From NCBI GenBank assembly GCA_964385105.1, contig CAYLMU010000001.1, positions 130,252 to 194,251 on the forward strand: 64,000 nucleotides of DNA, given 5' to 3'. This DNA is from an uncultured Candidatus Saccharibacteria bacterium (GTDB lineage Bacteria > Patescibacteriota > WWE3 > UBA101185 > UBA10185). The position numbers and the translations under genes were made by a program. This document shows positions 47,575-57,847 of this stretch, in pieces (position 1 is the first letter of the stretch; every line of letters begins with the position of its first letter). Below the pieces are notes generated by a model. The model did not search any database. It was not told the origin of the DNA and was given only the letters and a program-made list of their open reading frames with translations.

Positions 47575-48567
47575 AGTAGTTTTTTCTGAAATGATGTAGG
47601 CTTTTTTGCCGCTGCTTTCAAAGTAGATTCTCATAAGCAGTTCACCAAGTAATCCCACCATAATAAGTTGAACACCAAAAACCATTAAAATTAGTCCCCC
47701 GATAAATAAAGGTCTATCGCCAATAGAATGACCGAACCCGAATTTAAGAAAGGTTAGATAAGCTGTAGCTAATGCCCCCAAAAAAACCGAAACAATTCCT
47801 GCTGTTCCAAAGATTCTTCCGGGCATCATTGTAAATGGCTTTGTAGCAAAAGAGAGCATAAATTTCATTGAGAATAAATCAAGAAATACTGCAAATGTCC
47901 TGCGTATTGAGCCATAGGCTGAGCTTCCATAAGTTCTTTCCTGGTAATCAACGTCAAATTCAATATATTTTTTTGTATATAAGCTTGCATAGGCGGGTAA
48001 AAATCTGTGCATATCACCATAAATTCGTAAATTATCAATTATAAATCTTTTAAAGCCTTTTAGTCCCGAACCAGTATCTTTTACATCAACACCCGAAATT
48101 TGCCTTATCATCCAGTTTGCAATGTTTGAGGGGATTCTTCTTAAAGTCGACGAAAATCCGGATTCATTCCACCTGCCCGACCTGTTTGTATTAACCATAT
48201 CAAATCCGTCATCTAGTTTATCAACAACTTCCGAAATGTATCGTGGAGGAATTTCGAGGTCAGCAGAGTATGTAATTATATATTGGCCTTGAGTTTCATC
48301 AAATGCGGTTTGGTAAGCAGCACCCATTCCGTAATTTCTTGAATGGCGAAGCGCTTTTAACTTGGGATTTAGCTCGGCGGTTTTTACCAATGCTTGCCAG
48401 GTATTGTCTTTGGTGGATCCGTCATCAACCGCTATTACCTCATAGTCGTATTTTAATTGCTCCAGTACAGGAAATAGTTCCGTTATAAATCTTTCTATGT
48501 TTTTTTCTTCGTTGTAGCAGGGGATAACGAGCGAGACAAGTTTTTTACTTTTTTCTATTTCAGACAT
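47569..48567 (-). CDS. GT2 polyprenyl-phosphate glycosyltransferase (DPM1/ArnC/GtrB-like) with C-terminal TM helices
   Basis: LVIPCYNEE...IAVDDGS... Confidence 0.75.
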   Translation of the reverse strand: MSEIEKSKKLVSLVIPCYNEEKNIERFITELFPVLEQLKYDYEVIAVDDGSTKDNTWQALVKTAELNPKLKALRHSRNYGMGAAYQTAFDETQGQYIITYSADLEIPPRYISEVVDKLDDGFDMVNTNRSGRWNESGFSSTLRRIPSNIANWMIRQISGVDVKDTGSGLKGFKRFIIDNLRIYGDMHRFLPAYASLYTKKYIEFDVDYQERTYGSSAYGSIRRTFAVFLDLFSMKFMLSFATKPFTMMPGRIFGTAGIVSVFLGALATAYLTFLKFGFGHSIGDRPLFIGGLILMVFGVQLIMVGLLGELLMRIYFESSGKKAYIISEKTTL

Positions 48568-48604
48568 GTGTTTTTGCCTTTCATACGCACTTAAATTATA
48601 TCAC

Positions 48605-48952
48605 TCAAGCCGTTTTTCGAGGAGTTATATTTGGTTCTTGGCCATATTGCGGCAGATATGGTTTTGTTGATGGTTTAATTCCAAGTGCCCAGTTTATTAC
48701 ATTTGCTATTGTAACCCCGGATTTTATTCCTGTAAATGATCCGGGACCGGTGTTGGGAATAACCCCGATAATTTGTTTAGAGGTTATTTTATGTATCGTG
48801 AGAATTCTTTGTAACTCCGATACCACATCTACATCACCATCAATTTCTTCAACTAGTTTTTCGTTATTATTGTTAACCTCAACCAATTTGATGTGCTTTT
48901 CATATCTTGTAGTGGTGTCAATGTAAATTTTGTATTTTAGCAATTCGCTCAT
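48605..48952 (-). CDS. tsaB: minimal TsaB (YeaZ)-like protein, 115 aa
   Basis: IDTTTRYEK..., GVIPNTGPGSFTGIKSGVTIA motifs. About half the usual length. Confidence 0.6.
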   Translation of the reverse strand: MSELLKYKIYIDTTTRYEKHIKLVEVNNNNEKLVEEIDGDVDVVSELQRILTIHKITSKQIIGVIPNTGPGSFTGIKSGVTIANVINWALGIKPSTKPYLPQYGQEPNITPRKTA

Positions 48953-49352
48953 TTTCGTTACTCCCGTATGAGAAATAAATTTTAATTGTTTTATCAGGCA
49001 ATATGTTCTCTATTATGTCAGGCCATTCAATTATTGTTATAGCGTCTTTTTCATAAAAATAATCTTCCGGGTCAATTTCTATAGCTTCGTTGGTGTCAAT
49101 TAACCGATACAAATCCAGATGATTTACAGTTTTTATTATTCCTCGGCCGTTAGTGTATTTTCTTGCCAAAACAAACGTGGGGCTTTGCACTTTTGCCTGA
49201 AAATTTAGTGCTTTTACCAGATATTGAGTAAATGTAGTTTTTCCCGAACCCAATTCGCCATAAAGTGCTATCACGTCATTAACATTAAGTTTTTTGGCTA
49301 CCTGTTTAGCCAGTCTTTGAGTTTCTTCGGTAGAAGATAATCGTATTTCCAT
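48918..49352 (-). CDS. tsaE: tRNA threonylcarbamoyladenosine biosynthesis ATPase TsaE
   Basis: LYGELGSGKTTF Walker A, typical TsaE N-terminus. Confidence 0.85.
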   Translation of the reverse strand: MEIRLSSTEETQRLAKQVAKKLNVNDVIALYGELGSGKTTFTQYLVKALNFQAKVQSPTFVLARKYTNGRGIIKTVNHLDLYRLIDTNEAIEIDPEDYFYEKDAITIIEWPDIIENILPDKTIKIYFSYGSNENERIAKIQNLH

Positions 49353-49681
49353 AAAATAACTCCGGCAAGAATTATACCTAAACTATCTACAATTATATCC
49401 TTTAAACTGGCGGATCTTTCGGGTACAAAGCTTTGGTGGTATTCGTCAGAAAGTGCAAACATAAATGAAAGCAATATAGAAACTAAAAGGTCATTTGTAG
49501 CTTTATAATAAGCAAAAAGCAAAAAAAAATATAAAATAAAGTGACCGTTTACATGAATGCCTTCACTGCCCAAACCTGATTCCTTAATTATTTGTCCGTG
49601 AATTGATGAAATACCAAAAATTATGCCCATAATTATTAAAGCAGGTAGCCATTTTTTCAAAAGAACCCGAAAATTAGTCAT
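49298..49681 (-). CDS. VanZ-like membrane protein
   Basis: DEYHQSFVPERSASLKD...D motif. Confidence 0.6.
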   Translation of the reverse strand: MTNFRVLLKKWLPALIIMGIIFGISSIHGQIIKESGLGSEGIHVNGHFILYFFLLFAYYKATNDLLVSILLSFMFALSDEYHQSFVPERSASLKDIIVDSLGIILAGVILWKYDYLLPKKLKDWLNR

Positions 49682-50297
49682 AGAGCCATTTTACCATTTT
49701 AGAGGGATATTTACGGTAACCTGCAACAAATGATATTGAATATGCAAAGAGTGCAAAAGGCAGATGTATTTTATTTTTCCTAAAATTAAACGCAGTTGTG
49801 TTTGATGCATGTTCCGGTGAGACAACAGGGGTATTAGTATCAGTGATTTTAGAAGTTTCAAATGACGTGATATTGTCATTAATTTTTTGAAAGTAAGTAG
49901 GATTTTTATTAAATATAGTTAATTCATCAGTTTCATATATTTTAGCCGTCGGAATATGCAAGATTTCCATTTTTAAAGTTATTTTTTCTTGTGGTGGGTT
50001 TATGAATTTTATTTTTAGATTTTTATCTAGCGTGGGCAACCGTTCCCAAGGGGAATTCCCCAGGAGCCAGAAATTGCTATTCGTATCGAAAATTCCGGCC
50101 ACATTGTTGGGAGCATTTGGCTTTACTTTATAATCAATCAAGTCAATATCTTCACTTGTGTTTGTGAGTAAAATTATTTCACCGTTGCTGTTTAGTTTAA
50201 GTGTTTCAGGAACAAATTCTATACCAAAGTTTGTTTCGGCAGCAACCGGAGTAACCCACAAAAAATAAAGAATAGCCAAGGTTATAACTTTTAGCAT
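49674..50297 (-). CDS. hypothetical secreted protein
   Basis: Signal peptide. Confidence 0.4.
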   Translation of the reverse strand: MLKVITLAILYFLWVTPVAAETNFGIEFVPETLKLNSNGEIILLTNTSEDIDLIDYKVKPNAPNNVAGIFDTNSNFWLLGNSPWERLPTLDKNLKIKFINPPQEKITLKMEILHIPTAKIYETDELTIFNKNPTYFQKINDNITSFETSKITDTNTPVVSPEHASNTTAFNFRKNKIHLPFALFAYSISFVAGYRKYPSKMVKWLYD

Positions 50298-50361
50298 GAG
50301 AAAATTTTAATTAAGTGAAAATATTATTCAATATTGTAAAGTCTATTAATACTGGAACTCT

Positions 50362-51579
50362 TTATTGCAAATGCCAGTATATTGTTCTTTCTCCGTCCCC
50401 ATGGTCTATAATAGCGCCTTTTCCTATTGAATTATTTAACCACGGACAATAGACTTTTGCGTCCTGTGCATAATAAAGCACCCCGTCTTTTGCAGCTTTA
50501 ACCGGTGCTCCTGACCATTGAGATTTTGAAACTATATCTAGCGCATCATGTCCGGGAATTCCAAAGTTATTCATATAAAATGAGTAATTAGCCCCGAAAT
50601 ATTGCGTGATTTGCCAATTATCAACCGGCCACTCTAAATCGTCGTTTTCAAGGTAGGGTAGAGGGTCACGTGTTTTTCCGCCTTTAACATATCCAAAGTG
50701 TAAGTGCGGCCCTGATGAACATCCGGTGTTTCCCATGAGGCCGATAATATCCCCTTTTTCAACCTTTTCCCCATTTCCCGAAGGAAGATTTATGGCCATT
50801 TGCATAGCAGCTAATTCTGATTGCACTTGTGCCAACAAAGCCTGATATTTGTTTTCGTCGTTTTCGGTACGGGCTAATAGTTCTTCTTTATCTGCTCTTT
50901 GCTTATCCAAATCGGATTTATAGCCTAATAGGTTAGTTTTTTCTATTTCAAGCTGTTCTTTTAATAATTCTTCTTTTTCTTTTTTGTTAACGAATATGTT
51001 TTTTTGTACTCCATACGCGTCTTTGGTTTGATTCATTTCTGTTAGCATTCGGTGATCCTGTTTTTCAAGAACTTTAAGGTATTCAGCTTTTTGAATAAGT
51101 CTTGACATGGTTGTAGCGCCAAGAATTACAACAAGCGGAGTATCTTCACGTGATTTATATCTGGCTCTAATTCTTTCTCCCAATACTTCTTCCTGATAGT
51201 TTATTGAGCCTTCAAGTTTATCAATTCTGCCTGATAAATTTTCAATGTCAGAACCAAGTTTAATAATTTGTTCCTGTTTATTTACAATGGCTGCTTCTGA
51301 TTGGCTTATTCTAAGTTCAGTAAGTGATATTTGTGAATTTGCATAGTCAATTTGTTGTTGTAGTGATTTTTCCTGTGCTTGTAAGTCTTTTATTTTATCT
51401 TCATACTCTTTAATTTTTTCCTGCAGCTCTTTCATGTTTTCGTTAATCTCTTCGTCTTCTGTGTCATCATTGTCTGATGCTCCAAAAATTGCATAACGAT
51501 TGGGATGTGCTTCAACCGCAGCACCAAGGCTAAAGGTAACGGATATTAAAATAAGAGCAAGTAAAATTTTTAATTTCAT
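50362..51579 (-). CDS. M23-family peptidase with N-terminal coiled coil (EnvC-like)
   Basis: GDIIGLMGNTGCSSGPHLHF M23 signature. Operon with ftsEX. Confidence 0.8.
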   Translation of the reverse strand: MKLKILLALILISVTFSLGAAVEAHPNRYAIFGASDNDDTEDEEINENMKELQEKIKEYEDKIKDLQAQEKSLQQQIDYANSQISLTELRISQSEAAIVNKQEQIIKLGSDIENLSGRIDKLEGSINYQEEVLGERIRARYKSREDTPLVVILGATTMSRLIQKAEYLKVLEKQDHRMLTEMNQTKDAYGVQKNIFVNKKEKEELLKEQLEIEKTNLLGYKSDLDKQRADKEELLARTENDENKYQALLAQVQSELAAMQMAINLPSGNGEKVEKGDIIGLMGNTGCSSGPHLHFGYVKGGKTRDPLPYLENDDLEWPVDNWQITQYFGANYSFYMNNFGIPGHDALDIVSKSQWSGAPVKAAKDGVLYYAQDAKVYCPWLNNSIGKGAIIDHGDGERTIYWHLQ

Positions 51580-51580
51580 A

Positions 51581-52447
51581 TCAGTATTTTAGATATTTTT
51601 TTATGGCAGTCTGGCTTCCGAAGTATCCAAGCAATGCACCGAGAATCATCAAAATCAGACAAACACCCAATATAAAAGCAAGAAAATGAATTGCAAATTC
51701 CGGAAAAAATGAAAATTCCACATAATTAGCCAGTCCTATAATTTGTAGAATAATCGCTATGAGTAACAGCACCAAGGAGGCGATTAATGATGAACTTACA
51801 CCAAAAAATAATCCCTGTTGTATTAATGGTTTTTTCACGTATGCATCTGATGCTCCGACCAATTTAAGTATTTCAAGTTCTTTACCTTTTGAATTAATAG
51901 TTATTCTGAGGGTTATTAACACCACGGCAAATGAAATTAACATGAGCACGACTGTGAGCAGAAAACCTATTGTATAAGCAATCCCGCTCCAATATTTGAA
52001 TCTTTCAATAACATCCTGCCTATAAACAACCTCTTCAACCCCGTCTAACGTTATGAGTTCCTCCGACATAACAGTAAGGTCGGCAAGGTCTTTTGTTCTT
52101 ATTTCAAGGCTGGCCGGTAATATTTCTGCTGATGCCGCTTCTAATAAAATGGGGTCATCCTTATTTTCTTCAACAAAAATTGCCAGCGCATCCTGTTTTG
52201 AAATATAACTTACCTGTGAGATTCTTTCATCATTTTCGAGTTCGGTTTTAAGGGCCAAAATATCTGACTCCGGAAACTCATCTTTAAAAAACAATGAAAC
52301 TTGTGCCTGTTTTTCAAGAGCTCTTATACCTGTTTGGGTTAATGCAATAAGTGCGATGAAGGTACCAAGTGTTAAGAATGTGAACGCCATCACACCAATA
52401 TTTGAAAGTGTCAGTAATTTTTCTCTTTTTAAATTTTGTAGCATCAT
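51581..52447 (-). CDS. ftsX: cell-division ABC permease FtsX
   Basis: 4 TM plus large periplasmic loop. Adjacent to ftsE. Confidence 0.8.
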   Translation of the reverse strand: MMLQNLKREKLLTLSNIGVMAFTFLTLGTFIALIALTQTGIRALEKQAQVSLFFKDEFPESDILALKTELENDERISQVSYISKQDALAIFVEENKDDPILLEAASAEILPASLEIRTKDLADLTVMSEELITLDGVEEVVYRQDVIERFKYWSGIAYTIGFLLTVVLMLISFAVVLITLRITINSKGKELEILKLVGASDAYVKKPLIQQGLFFGVSSSLIASLVLLLIAIILQIIGLANYVEFSFFPEFAIHFLAFILGVCLILMILGALLGYFGSQTAIKKYLKY

Positions 52448-53124
52448 TTATAACTTCCTTCCTTTTTGTCAAATACCAGCTTACCTCCCTCAAGTCTTAT
52501 AACCCTTTTTCTAAGTTTGTCTACCACGTTCTGATCATGCGTAGCCATCAAAATAGTAGTACCAAGTGAGTTTACACGCTCCAAAACCTCTATTACCTCT
52601 TCACTGGCATCGGGGTCAATCATTCCCGTAGGCTCATCAGCAATAATAACGTCAGGTTCATGTGCCAACGCCCTTGCAATTGCAAGTCTTTGTTTTTCAC
52701 CTCCCGATAAAGAATATGGAAAATTACGCATTTTGTGTTGAAGACCTACTAAATTTAACACATTAGGCACTACCTCATTAACTACGTGTGAATCGCTATC
52801 AACTACCTCAAGAGCAACTGCCACATTTTCAAATACATTTTTTGAATCCAAAATTCTAAAATCCTGAAACACCACTCCAATTTTTCTGCGTAAATTGGGA
52901 ATTTCCGCTTGCGAAAGTTCTAAAATATTTTGATTGTTAAATAAAACAGTTCCCTCATCAGGATATTCCTCTCGAACCAGCATTTTAATTAAAGTAGACT
53001 TGCCGGCTCCCGAAGGCCCTACCAAAAATACGAATTCTTCATTATCAATACTAAAGCTTACATTTTCAAGAGCGGTGAAGTCATTGTATTTTTTTGTAAT
53101 ATTTTTAAATTCGATTTGATGCAT
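52444..53124 (-). CDS. ftsE: cell-division ABC ATPase FtsE
   Basis: GPSGAGKST Walker A, LSGGEKQR signature. Confidence 0.85.
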   Translation of the reverse strand: MHQIEFKNITKKYNDFTALENVSFSIDNEEFVFLVGPSGAGKSTLIKMLVREEYPDEGTVLFNNQNILELSQAEIPNLRRKIGVVFQDFRILDSKNVFENVAVALEVVDSDSHVVNEVVPNVLNLVGLQHKMRNFPYSLSGGEKQRLAIARALAHEPDVIIADEPTGMIDPDASEEVIEVLERVNSLGTTILMATHDQNVVDKLRKRVIRLEGGKLVFDKKEGSYK

Positions 53125-53552
53125 TAGTTTTGTTTAATTATAACCTTATCAACTTCCAAAATTTCTTTTTTTCCGTCTTTTGTTTTAACTTTTTTACCCT
53201 GGGCAATAACATGTAGACCTTCGGATACCTGAAGCTTTTGATCTTTGGCTTTTAACAAAATAATCTCTTTTCCTTGCTGATCTGCTAAATAAAATGAAAC
53301 GTTGTCATTAGGGTAAAAATTGGAATCTACAAATGTAACAATTCCTTCATAAGTATCGGAATTTTCATCCACTAAAGTTTCTTCAACATTATTTTCTGAA
53401 ATTTCAGAACTTTTTAATAATTTTTTTATAGTATAGTTTGAGATCGCACCTATGAGAATAAATAGTACAAAACTGCCCAAAAGAACAAAGGCAAGTTTTT
53501 TGCCTTTTAAAGTTTCGGCTCGGTCGTGAAGTTGTTTGAGCAGGTTTGTCAT
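53124..53552 (-). CDS. hypothetical membrane-anchored protein
   Basis: Single N-terminal TM. Overlaps the ftsE start. Confidence 0.4.
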   Translation of the reverse strand: MTNLLKQLHDRAETLKGKKLAFVLLGSFVLFILIGAISNYTIKKLLKSSEISENNVEETLVDENSDTYEGIVTFVDSNFYPNDNVSFYLADQQGKEIILLKAKDQKLQVSEGLHVIAQGKKVKTKDGKKEILEVDKVIIKQN

Positions 53553-53583
53553 AACGTACTTATTATACAGTATTGGAAAGATT

Positions 53584-54030
53584 ATGAACCAATATGTACT
53601 AAAAGTTATTATACCTGATGAATCAGATACGAACCAATTTACGGTTTATCTTTTTGACCCCGAAAAACACTATTTAATTTCAATAACAACAGACCGTTGG
53701 GCATGTGAGTCAATTTTATTGGCGAAACAAAATTTAAAACTTATTCGTCCACATATTCATGACACTTTATATAGACTTTTGAGGTGTTTTGATTCAGAAG
53801 TTCAATGCATTTACATATACAAAGTTTTGGATGATGTGTTTTATGCTTATTTAAGGTTGGTCAAAAACGGACATGTGCTTGATTTGGATATAAAGGTTAC
53901 AGATGCAATAAGTATGAGTTTTAGATTTAATGTTCCTATATTTATAGCAGACGATGTGGTTAACCGGGTTGGGATTAAAATTACAAAAGAGCTACTGGAA
54001 AAAAGCCTTGAATTTAATGAAGAATATTAA
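53584..54030 (+). CDS. bifunctional nuclease family (DUF151) protein
   Basis: ...ILLA...RP..HD.L..L...I..V..DVFYA.L.L ... ISMS.RFNVPIFI pattern. Confidence 0.6.
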   Translation: MNQYVLKVIIPDESDTNQFTVYLFDPEKHYLISITTDRWACESILLAKQNLKLIRPHIHDTLYRLLRCFDSEVQCIYIYKVLDDVFYAYLRLVKNGHVLDLDIKVTDAISMSFRFNVPIFIADDVVNRVGIKITKELLEKSLEFNEEY

Positions 54031-54132
54031 ATGTTTCTTAAAGTATGAGGCGACGTCATAGATAGTTGGCGTGAAAAAAAGCTAGACCCGGTAAGATGTT
54101 GTTAAACATGTTACCGGGTCGTGGGTTTGGAG

Positions 54133-54327
54133 TTAAAAAATCCCTAATATTGTGGCAATTGCGACAATCACCACAAGGATTAGGAAACCGAATAGTGCAA
54201 TTCTCCGAATAATTCGCGGAGAAATTGCAGGTATTGCAAATGCTGCAATACAAAACGCCACACCCAATAAGATTCCTGCAAGACAACCTAGCGGTGTCGT
54301 AAACAAAAAAATTACAAGGTTTTCCAC
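54133..54327 (-). CDS. small membrane protein (64 aa, GTG start)
   Basis: GGGAGG RBS 6 nt before GTG. Own promoter at 54364-54392. Confidence 0.5.
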   Translation of the reverse strand: MENLVIFLFTTPLGCLAGILLGVAFCIAAFAIPAISPRIIRRIALFGFLILVVIVAIATILGIF

Positions 54328-54363
54328 AATATCCTCCCTATTGTTGCGGGTAATTATATATAT

Positions 54364-54392
54364 ATTATACCCTATAGTATGTTCGAGTGCAA
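54364..54392 (-). promoter_or_regulatory. sigma70-like promoter TTGCAC-N17-TATAAT with ACTATAGG motif abutting the -10
   Basis: Minus-strand reading: TTGCAC tcgaacat ACTATAGG g TATAAT. Confidence 0.5.
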
Positions 54393-54407
54393 GGCTACAA
54401 AAAAAGG

Positions 54408-55484
54408 TTATAAATAAAGTTCAATATTTGTATTATGTTCTACTAGTGTTTGAGCATAGTGTGTAATTCCAGATGAGTCTGTTAAATAGTAGTAGTAGTC
54501 GCTGGTTTCATAATTAACCACAGCTTCAATAGAATTTAATCCCGGGTTAGCTATTGGAGTAGGGGGGAGTCCGGGCATTTTTCGAGTGTTATAAGGGCTT
54601 TCAAGCTCAAGTTCAGCAATTGTGAGATCGTGTGGCCACCAGTTTATATTTTGGTTTTCATCCATGTTTGTGCAAATTTGTGCAGGATTTTCAGAGCATC
54701 CATAACGCAATGCTGCAATTGTATACTGAGTTGTGGCATCGGCGCCTACTAATTCTCCATCACGCCACCTTTTTATTAAAATTCCGGCTACAATTGGTCT
54801 GTCTTCTGAAGTGTTTACTTCACGCTCAACAATTGATGCAAGTATTATTGTCTCTTCTTTGGTTAATCCTGCTTTAGTCAATGATTCTTGAGATAAAAGC
54901 TCGTTTGTCTTAGATTCAAATGTTGCTAGTAGTGCCTGTAATACCGTCTCTTCATCTGCATTTATATTAAAATTATATGTATCGGGAAATAAATAACCTT
55001 CATGTTCTTTTGCTATTTTTAGAAAATCTATGTAGTCAACGTTTTTTAGCTCAAGGCTTAAATGTTTGGCTACCTCTTCAGCGCGCCAACCCTCAAGTAC
55101 CGTTATATTTTTGTCATTGGTGCCATGCTGCAAAATTTGAGCAAGGTCTTTTAGAGAAGTTCCAGCGGGTATGGTGTAAATGCCTGCCTGAATATTGTTT
55201 TGCAGCTGATTTATTGTAACGTAAAATTTAAACAAAAATTCAGAATTTATGACATCATTTTGGTAAAGCAATGAGGCGATTTCAGATGTGCTATCACCTG
55301 TTTCAATCTCAAGTGTGACTTCGTTTCCGGTTTGAGAGGGTCGATTTACCGCAAAACTATAATATAAATACATTAACATCGGAAGAATGAATACTACAAA
55401 AAGTATTGAACCTGCTATTAAGAACTTTTTTCCTTTAGGTGAAATCATATGATATTTGTTAGAGTCTAAATCTCCTGTAGCCAT
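54408..55484 (-). CDS. mltG: endolytic murein transglycosylase MltG (YceG-like)
   Basis: N-terminal TM, EGYLFPDTYNF catalytic motif. Confidence 0.85.
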   Translation of the reverse strand: MATGDLDSNKYHMISPKGKKFLIAGSILFVVFILPMLMYLYYSFAVNRPSQTGNEVTLEIETGDSTSEIASLLYQNDVINSEFLFKFYVTINQLQNNIQAGIYTIPAGTSLKDLAQILQHGTNDKNITVLEGWRAEEVAKHLSLELKNVDYIDFLKIAKEHEGYLFPDTYNFNINADEETVLQALLATFESKTNELLSQESLTKAGLTKEETIILASIVEREVNTSEDRPIVAGILIKRWRDGELVGADATTQYTIAALRYGCSENPAQICTNMDENQNINWWPHDLTIAELELESPYNTRKMPGLPPTPIANPGLNSIEAVVNYETSDYYYYLTDSSGITHYAQTLVEHNTNIELYL

Positions 55485-55544
55485 ACATCAATAATTTTAG
55501 CATATTCAAAATCATATTTGGGTTTTCTATGGTATAATTCTGAC

Positions 55545-55860
55545 AGGAAGTCGAGAGGTCGCCTTTTTTTAAAGGAGGAAAGTCCAGACTGCACAGAGCA
55601 GGGGATGGAACGCAAGTTCCGACGGGTAACCGCTGGTGTTTCAAGGCGAAAGCCAAGAAAACAGGGTATGAATTGACATATCTTGAGAGCAACAGAGACG
55701 AGCTTTTTCCTACATCTTTACGATAAGGAAAAAGTGTGAAACGGGCAATCCCACCCGCAGCAATCCACGAATTTACCGTTTTAAGCCGGCTCGGCAAGGT
55801 ATAAAGATGGAGCATAGATAGATGACCTTTTAAAACAGAATCTGGCTTACGGACTTCCTA
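55545..55860 (+). ncRNA. rnpB: RNase P RNA (bacterial type A)
   Basis: TATAAT at 55533-55538. GGAGGAAAGTCCAGAC (P4 5' strand), GGGTAACCGCTGG, and AACAGAATCTGGCTTACGG (P4 3' strand). P1 formed by GGAAGTC/GGACTTCC. Confidence 0.85.
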
Positions 55861-55873
55861 TTTTAATAAAATT

Positions 55874-56872
55874 TTAGTTTATCGGCGGGGTATAACGCAA
55901 TACACGCTTTAATATAATCACTGAAATCATCATAGTCGGTACGGCAATTATTGCTCCGATTACACCAAGTAATGTACTGCCGACCAAAAGTGCAATTAAA
56001 ATTACAAGCGGGCTAAATCCCGAAACTCGATGCATAATTTTTGGAACTAAAAAGTTATTTTCAAGTTGTTGAATTAAAGTAAATAGTCCTATTACCGCGA
56101 TTCCTTTAGTTACAGAGTCTGAAAAACCTACGATTCCGGCAAGAATTAAAGCAATAATGGGGCCAAGTACCGGAACAATTTCAAGTAATCCTGCAATTAA
56201 GCTCAACGCTACAGGGGATTCAATTTGTAAAACCATCAAGCCCACAAAACTCATGATACCCACAACCAGCATCAAAAACATCTGGCCTTTAACCCAATGG
56301 CCTATGCTTGTTTCAATTTCACGTATAGTGCTTTGTATTTCTTCCTTTAAATCCCCAGTAAATAAAGATAAAAACCTACTTTTTATATTTAGCCAGTCAA
56401 GTGACATGTAAACTGAAATAATTAAGACGCTAAAGATTCCTGCTACACCTGAAAATAAACTAAACGTTGTAGTAAATATATTTTCTGAGACACTGGAAAA
56501 TCTTGATAACAATCCCGGAACTGAAAAGTCCGAATCTTCCATACCCGGAATTTCTTTAATAAATTGTGAAATGTTCACAAATAGTTTCTGACTTTGAGCA
56601 ACAACCGGCTGGAATCCGATTGTTAATATGGCAATAAGTACGAATATCAAGAGAAAATAAGTGATTAAAACTGCAGCACTTCGTGAAAGCGGCTTATTAA
56701 AAACCTTTTGGCCTTGAAAAAACATGACCGCATGTTCTACCGAAATCACTATAATTAAAGCTACAGCCAAAATAATAATAATCGGACGCACCATGTATAA
56801 CAGGTAAAACAAAAAAAGCAAAGATAGGGTTAAAATTATAGTTTTAAGCGAAATGACTATATCTTTATCCAT
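55874..56872 (-). CDS. AI-2E (PerM/UPF0118) family transporter
   Basis: 8 TM, typical AI-2E topology. Confidence 0.7.
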   Translation of the reverse strand: MDKDIVISLKTIILTLSLLFLFYLLYMVRPIIIILAVALIIVISVEHAVMFFQGQKVFNKPLSRSAAVLITYFLLIFVLIAILTIGFQPVVAQSQKLFVNISQFIKEIPGMEDSDFSVPGLLSRFSSVSENIFTTTFSLFSGVAGIFSVLIISVYMSLDWLNIKSRFLSLFTGDLKEEIQSTIREIETSIGHWVKGQMFLMLVVGIMSFVGLMVLQIESPVALSLIAGLLEIVPVLGPIIALILAGIVGFSDSVTKGIAVIGLFTLIQQLENNFLVPKIMHRVSGFSPLVILIALLVGSTLLGVIGAIIAVPTMMISVIILKRVLRYTPPIN

Positions 56873-56907
56873 TGCATTAATAATAACAAATATAAAGGTT
56901 TATAACA

Positions 56908-57816
56908 TCACGCAGTTGGGATGTTTGTAGTGTCTGACACATCTACCCACTTAATTTCAGGATTTTTTTTGAACCAGGTTTGTTGTCTTCTTATATATGC
57001 GTGCAAATCATACATTGCCCTTTGCATTGCACTTTCCTTTTCGTCATTGCCTTGGACATAATCTTTTACATTTTTATAAATTAATCCATTCAACTTTTGT
57101 GAATCGGGGAAGTTTTGCATTAAAAATTCGGTTTCTTCAACTAAACCATTTTGCCAAACCGACTTTAGCCAATTATCGGCTTTTTGGTAGAGAAGTGGTC
57201 GCGGCATTGTGAAACCCGTAAATTCATAATTATTTATTTTTAGCTGAGGTAATGTTTTTTTTGGTTTATTTTTGTTTAATTCTTTTTCTATTGCTCTAAC
57301 TAATCTGGATTTATTTTTAATATCAATATTTTTGTAGGCCTTTTTGTTTAACGACGTCAATTTTGCCTGCAGGTTTTCTAGTGACTCTGACTCAAGCTCT
57401 TTTCTTAATTCAAAATCAGGCTCTACACCTTCAAGTTGCTTTCTACCTGTTACAATGTCTACGTATAAACCTGTTCCTCCAACTAGCATTAGTGAATCAT
57501 ACTCAAAATTTTCAATTAATTCATTAAGCTTATTTATAGCAAACTCGGCATAATCAAAAGCTGAAAAATACATGTCAGGTGTTGTTAAATCATAACCCCA
57601 TATGTCAATTCCGTCTAAAGTCCAATAGTTGTTCCCTTTTTTCACATTTATACCAATGTCAACAGGTACTTTGCCTGTACCTATATCCATATACTTATAC
57701 ATCTGCCTTGAATCCGCAGAAACAATAACCCCATTACTTTTTTGGCACATACTAAGAGCATAATTTGTTTTTCCAGTAGATGTAGGCCCTACTATAACTT
57801 GTAACGTATTTATCAT
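56908..57816 (-). CDS. miaA: tRNA dimethylallyltransferase MiaA
   Basis: IVGPTSTGKT P-loop. Confidence 0.85.
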   Translation of the reverse strand: MINTLQVIVGPTSTGKTNYALSMCQKSNGVIVSADSRQMYKYMDIGTGKVPVDIGINVKKGNNYWTLDGIDIWGYDLTTPDMYFSAFDYAEFAINKLNELIENFEYDSLMLVGGTGLYVDIVTGRKQLEGVEPDFELRKELESESLENLQAKLTSLNKKAYKNIDIKNKSRLVRAIEKELNKNKPKKTLPQLKINNYEFTGFTMPRPLLYQKADNWLKSVWQNGLVEETEFLMQNFPDSQKLNGLIYKNVKDYVQGNDEKESAMQRAMYDLHAYIRRQQTWFKKNPEIKWVDVSDTTNIPTA

Positions 57817-57847
57817 AATTTTAGATTACCACGAATCATTTAGAATT

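Noticed and set aside
54056-54286. 76-aa Cys-rich minus-strand ORF
   Set aside because: Alternative frame overlapping the better-supported 54133..54327 small membrane protein, which has a GGGAGG RBS and its own promoter.
55459-55815. 118-aa minus-strand ORF
   Set aside because: Lies entirely within the RNase P RNA gene, which has conserved P4 strands GGAAAGTCC and ACAGAATCTGGCTTA. It is an antisense artefact.
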